This document shows, piece by piece, positions 59,869 through 64,000 of a stretch of DNA of 64,000 bases. How positions within the stretch are numbered: the first letter of the stretch is position 1; every line of letters starts with the position of its first letter. This DNA comes from an uncultured delta proteobacterium. GTDB taxonomy: Bacteria; Myxococcota_A; Polyangia; Fen-1088. Location of the stretch: the NCBI GenBank assembly GCA_963755125.1, contig CAVWIP010000010.1:96001-160000 (forward strand), read 5' to 3'. The position numbers and the translations under genes are program-made. The notes beneath the pieces were generated by a model, which searched no databases, was not told where the DNA came from, and saw nothing but the letters and a program-made list of their open reading frames with translations.

Positions 59869-60631
59869 CGCAAGCGCCGCCGTCCCCGCACCAACAGAGA
59901 ACGCCGCCCGCGATCACGACGACGTTTCCGCGGAAACGTCCACCCCTTGGCCTTCGCGCGCCGACGCTATGGTCGCAGTTGCCGAGGGCTACCTCGCCGG
60001 CAACATCGGCACTGGCACGGGCGGCGAGCGCTTCCAGGTCATGATTCACGTTGACCAGGACCCGCTCGCGCCCGACGGCGCCCTCGCCGCAACCCTGGAC
60101 GACGGAACCCGCGTTTCCGCGGAAACGTTTCGCCGCATCGCCTGCGACTGCGGCCTGGTGGCCGTGTCTGGCGACGCTGGCGGCGCCCACCAACTGAACA
60201 TCGGCCGCCGCAGCCGCCAGATTCCACCCGCCATTCGTCGCGCCCTGTCGCTGCGCGACCGAGGCTGCCGCTTTCCTGGCTGCACCAACACGCGCTTTCT
60301 GCACGGCCACCACCTGCGCCACTGGCTCCACGGCGGGCAGACGAGCCTGACGAACTTGGTGCAATTGTGTACCGCGCACCACCACCTCGTGCACGAAGGC
60401 GGCTGGAGGGTGGAGCTTGATGCCGACGGCGCGCTGGCCTTCACCGCGCCCGACGGCCGGGCGCTTGCGCCGGAGCCGCCACGCGAAATCGTCGATGATG
60501 CCGTAGCGTTCCTGCGCGAGCGCGCGGCGGATCAGGGGCTGGAACTGGGAGCGGAGACCAACCTGCCGGAGTGGGATGGGAACGTGATCGACTACGACTG
60601 GGCCGTGGGGGCGATGATCGGGATGGGGTGA
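59869..60631 (+). pseudogene. C-terminal part of a DUF222-HNH endonuclease (13E12-repeat type)
   Basis: RRIACD, LNIGRRSR.IPPAIRRAL..RDRGCRFPGC..HH..HW..GG.T.L.NL..LC..HH..VHEGGW; N-terminal DUF222 part absent. Confidence 0.8.
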
Positions 60632-60709
60632 AGGCAGCATGGGCGCGGCGGGCGAAGGTCGGATTGACCACAAACCCGACGCCGGCAAAGCACTGAGCGT
60701 TGACTCTTC

Positions 60710-61073
60710 ATGCCCTCGGCGAACACAATCCCCCGTATGGCTATGGACAACACCACACCCCAAAGCCAGGTGGCCCCGCCGGACCATGCAGAGACTGCAT
60801 CAGCTGCACCATCCCCACCCGATGGCCTGCTCGGAGTGGCACGACAAACCCTCTCAGCTGATCCTTCTGTGGGCGGTGTCCCCCTGAAGTCCGTGGGCGC
60901 GTCGATATTATTGGAGGACTACAAGCTTTGGCAGCGTGAGCTTGAGAAGCAGGACCGCTGGTTCTCACAGTCGATCTGGACGGTCTTGGCGGGGACCTCC
61001 GCAGGTTTGCTGCTTATTCGATCTCTTCCACTTCCCGAGCGCGCATTCGCCGAGTGCGCCATCGTGGGCGTCG
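60710..61073 (+). pseudogene. 5' part of a 2-TM membrane protein gene interrupted by IS21
   Basis: Frame continues across the IS once the element and one target copy are removed (..ECAIVGV|AGLFVSMSADFLV..); start uncertain (60710, 60737 or 60743). Confidence 0.7.
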
Positions 61074-61227
61074 TGTCAATCGCCAGGCCGATGGGGCCAG
61101 GGATTGACGTTTTCGCCAAGGTCATGGGGCCACCCGATCGCCAGGGTGATGGGGCCAGGGTCGCGGGTGATCGGGCCCTGAATCGCCAGGGTCATGGGGC
61201 CAGTCAATCGCCAGGGTCATGGGGCCA
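61074..61227 (+). repeat. IS21 left-end inverted repeat plus subterminal repeats (about 6 copies)
   Basis: TCGCCAGGGTCATGGGGCCA-like units; two inverted copies at 63841-63884. Confidence 0.9.
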
Positions 61228-61319
61228 ACCCGTGACCTAAGCGAAAGCTGACCTGGGCATCGAGGACCGAAGGCAAAACCGACCTTCAGGCGGCCGCGCG
61301 ACGGCCGCCAGGAGGTCAC

Positions 61320-62915
61320 ATGAGCTTTCGGGAGATCACAATGCAAGACGTACGAGAGTTGTTGCGCCGCCACGAGGCGGGGCAAAGTGCGCGCAAGATC
61401 GCGCGCGAATTGGGCATGGATCGCAAGACAGTGGGGCGGTACTTGGAGCAGGCTCGCAGGCTGGAGCCCGCGCTGGCGACGGTGACCGACGATGTCGCTC
61501 TGAGCGTCGGTCACAGGGTGCAAGCGCGGGCACCAGTGGTGCCATCGCAAGCATGGCAGGTACTGGTCAACCGACGAGCGCAGATTGAAGCCTGGCTGGG
61601 GAGCGAGCCGCCGTTGCGGCTGGTGCGCATCCACGAGTTGCTGGCGCGCGAGGGCGTCGAGGTCGGATACACGACCTTGCGGCGGTTCGCCCACCGGGAG
61701 CTGGACTGGCACCAGCGCTCGCCGACGGTGCGGCTCGACGACCCACCCGCGGGGCAGGAAGCACAGGTCGATTTCGGCCTGATGGGGATGGTGACCGACG
61801 CGGAGGGACGGTCGCGACGCCTGTGGGCGCTGATCGTGACGTTGCCGTCGAGTCGGTACATGCACGTGTACCCGAGCTTCACGCAGACGGTGGAGGACGT
61901 CTGCGCAGGGTTGGATGCCGCCTGGCGGTCTTTCGGCGGCATGCCCAAGCACATCATCCTCGACAATGCCTCGGCGATGGTGGTGCGTGCCAGTGCCACC
62001 GACCCGGGGCTCAATCGCGCTTTCCGCGACTACACCGATGCGCGCCAGCTCTTTGCGGACACGGCGCGCGTGCGGCATCCCAAGGACAAGGCCCGCGTCG
62101 AAAATCAGGTACCGTACGTGCGCGAGCGCTGGTTTGCCGGCGAAGCTTTCAGCCCCGACCTTGTGGAGATCCGCCGGCAGGCGGAGGCGTGGTGCCGGGA
62201 GGTGGCGGGTGCGCGCGTGCATGGGACGACAAGGCGTGTGCCGCGCGAGGTGTACGAAGCCGAGGAGCGAGCGCACATGCAGCCAGCACCCGAGGGCGAG
62301 TACGACGTGCCTCACTGGTGCTCTCCCAAAGTGCACCCTGACCACCACGTGCAGGTGCTCAAGGCGCTTTACTCGGTGCCCACGCGCTACATCGGCAAGA
62401 TCGTCGAGGCACGGGCCGACCGCAAGACGGTTCGACTGTATTTGGGGGCCGAGCTGATCAAGGTGCATGCGCGCAAGGCCCCGGGCCAGCGCTCGACCGA
62501 TCCGCAGGACTTCCCGCCAGGGAAGGCGGCGTGGGCGCTGCGCGATGTGGACAGCGTCGTACGCCGAGCCCGTGGGTACGGCGAGAAGGTCGGTCAATTT
62601 GCCCAGCGCCTGCTCGAAGGTCCTGTGCCCTGGCTCAAGCTGCGGCAAGCCTACGGGCTTTTGCGCCTCTGCGAGCGATACGGGCAGGACCGGGTCAATG
62701 CCTTGTGCGAGCGCGCGCTCGCCTTCGATGTGATCGCGGTGCCGCGTATCGAGGGAATGCTCAAGGATGCCCGTCGGACCGAGGAGGCCGCTGTCGCCAC
62801 GGGCCGCGTGATCGTGTTACCCGCACGCTTCGCTCGCGACGCAGCCACTTTCGCCACCCGTGCAACTGTCCCGCCCGATGGCCAGACAAACACGGAGTCG
62901 GGAGGTGAGTCATGA
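61320..62915 (+). CDS. istA: IS21 transposase IstA
   Basis: N-terminal HTH, AQVDFG, ILDNA, PKDKARVE, YSVP; GGAGG RBS. Confidence 0.95.
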   Translation: MSFREITMQDVRELLRRHEAGQSARKIARELGMDRKTVGRYLEQARRLEPALATVTDDVALSVGHRVQARAPVVPSQAWQVLVNRRAQIEAWLGSEPPLRLVRIHELLAREGVEVGYTTLRRFAHRELDWHQRSPTVRLDDPPAGQEAQVDFGLMGMVTDAEGRSRRLWALIVTLPSSRYMHVYPSFTQTVEDVCAGLDAAWRSFGGMPKHIILDNASAMVVRASATDPGLNRAFRDYTDARQLFADTARVRHPKDKARVENQVPYVRERWFAGEAFSPDLVEIRRQAEAWCREVAGARVHGTTRRVPREVYEAEERAHMQPAPEGEYDVPHWCSPKVHPDHHVQVLKALYSVPTRYIGKIVEARADRKTVRLYLGAELIKVHARKAPGQRSTDPQDFPPGKAAWALRDVDSVVRRARGYGEKVGQFAQRLLEGPVPWLKLRQAYGLLRLCERYGQDRVNALCERALAFDVIAVPRIEGMLKDARRTEEAAVATGRVIVLPARFARDAATFATRATVPPDGQTNTESGGES

Positions 62916-63742
62916 GTGCCCGCACCATCAGCCCCGACCTGGTCGCCTCGCTCAAGCGGCTCCGCTTGGGCGGCCTCATTCCTACGCTGCCCGAACGCTT
63001 CACCCTCGCGGAAAAGGAGGACACCCCCTACGAGGACCTCCTGCTTCTGCTGCTCACCGACGAGATCTCCCGTCGGGACAGTAACGCCGCCCTCCGTCGT
63101 GCGGACCAGGCCGGCCTCGATCCGGACATGGTGCTTGAGCGGTGGGACAAGACCGCGAAGGTGACCTACGACCGACGGGTGCTCAATGAGCTGGTCTCAC
63201 TCCGCTTTGTCGAGGACCATCGCAACGTCGTGATCCTCGGCCCGGTGGGAGTGGGCAAGACCTTTCTCTCGAACGCGCTCGGGCACCTGTGCTGTCGTGC
63301 CGGCTTCAATGTGCGGCTGTCGCGGGCCGACGCACTCCTGCGCCTCTTCAAGCAGAGCCGCATGGACAATTCCAGGGAAGCCCTGATGACCCAACTGGCC
63401 ACCGTCGACGTGCTCATCATCGACGACTTTGCGCTCGAACCCATGAATCGCGAGGAGAGCCGCGACATCTACCAGCTCTTTGTCGAGCGTAATGCCCGTG
63501 CTTCCACGATTGTGACCAGCAATCGCGACACAGTCGAGTGGATCGCCACTTTCGACGATGCCCTTTTGGCCCAGAGTGCCGTCGATCGTTTCAAGAACAA
63601 CGCCTTCGACCTCGTCGTCGATGGCGAGTCCTATCGGTCACGGCTCAAACCCAGCATCGACAAGCTGCCACCTCCGCCTGCGGCTCCGGTGAAGAAGGTG
63701 CCCATCCATCCGCGTACCAAAGCTGCGGCCCGCCGCCGATGA
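62912..63742 (+). CDS. istB: IS21 helper ATPase IstB
   Basis: GPVGVGKT Walker A, LIIDDF Walker B, IVTSNR, GESYR. Confidence 0.95.
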   Translation: MSARTISPDLVASLKRLRLGGLIPTLPERFTLAEKEDTPYEDLLLLLLTDEISRRDSNAALRRADQAGLDPDMVLERWDKTAKVTYDRRVLNELVSLRFVEDHRNVVILGPVGVGKTFLSNALGHLCCRAGFNVRLSRADALLRLFKQSRMDNSREALMTQLATVDVLIIDDFALEPMNREESRDIYQLFVERNARASTIVTSNRDTVEWIATFDDALLAQSAVDRFKNNAFDLVVDGESYRSRLKPSIDKLPPPPAAPVKKVPIHPRTKAAARRR

Positions 63743-63890
63743 CACCACCGCGCACGTCGGGCCCCTGCCGGGGCCCTCCGGGGTCGACCTAAAGGCCAAT
63801 CTGTGGCATGAGATCAGCCGGTCCTTCGATGCCCGTCACCTGGCCCCATGACCCTGGCGAGACGTGGCCCCATCATCCTGGCGAGTGACA

Positions 63891-64000
63891 GCGTCGCGGG
63901 CCTCTTCGTATCGATGTCCGCCGACTTCCTTGTTGGACGGGTCCGCTCCTATCTCATGGTCGCGCGACACGTGGCGGCCGTCCGAGCCGTCACCGGAAGC
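63891..64000 (+). pseudogene. 3' continuation of the IS21-interrupted membrane protein gene; runs off the right edge
   Basis: In-frame AGLFVSMSADFLVGRVRSYLMVARHVAAVRAVTGS with no stop. Confidence 0.65.

Larger units (their letters stand above)
61074..63890 (+). mobile_element. complete IS21-family insertion sequence
   Basis: Ends TGTCAATCGCCAGG.. and ..CCTGGCGAGTGACA; 6-bp direct repeat GCGTCG at 61068-61073 and 63891-63896; istA-istB. Confidence 0.95.

Noticed and set aside
59327..60631. 434-aa ORF as a single intact HNH protein
   Set aside because: Its first 180 or so codons overlap vapB/vapC out of frame; only the part after about 59869 resembles DUF222-HNH
61074..61227. Repeat-spacer pattern resembling a mini CRISPR array
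   Set aside because: Spacers are only a few bp to about 12 bp, units recur inverted at 63841-63884, they flank istAB, and there are no cas genes. These are IS21 terminal repeats.

Overview
High-GC bacterial DNA, most likely Myxococcota/Polyangia-like. This is an inference from the Cys-rich and Asp/Gly-rich lipoproteins, the myxobacterial-type PilA and the DUF222-HNH remnant. Most of 1-56.8 kb is ordinary chromosome: carB-greA, purU, rlmD, pgm, groES-groEL with a CIRCE operator, panBC, an RNase II-family gene and aat. It also carries envelope genes: an Ig-repeat lipoprotein running off the left edge, a sigma54-driven type IV pilin, a fimU-pilV-pilW-pilX minor-pilin cluster, an L,D-transpeptidase/rhomboid operon, an MMPL/GtrA/radical SAM group and a nucleotide-sugar cluster. 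The right end (57-64 kb) is an accessory, decaying region. It holds a Rieske-glutaredoxin-FTR-Rieske redox cassette, deletion-joined hdrA/metV-like remnants, vapB with a truncated vapC running into a DUF222-HNH remnant, and a complete IS21-family element (61074-63890, 6-bp target duplication) that splits a 2-TM membrane protein gene. The most notable observations are: (i) a double-hairpin palindromic element apparently inserted in frame in carB; (ii) a PilX carrying a long Gly-Thr-linked adhesin-like extension in a cluster with no pilY1; (iii) three adjacent protein N-terminus-modifying enzymes (Aat, glutaminyl cyclase, Lnb-like); (iv) the Rieske/FTR cassette. I recognised no rRNA, tRNA or CRISPR array. 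All family calls are by motif recognition, not database search.
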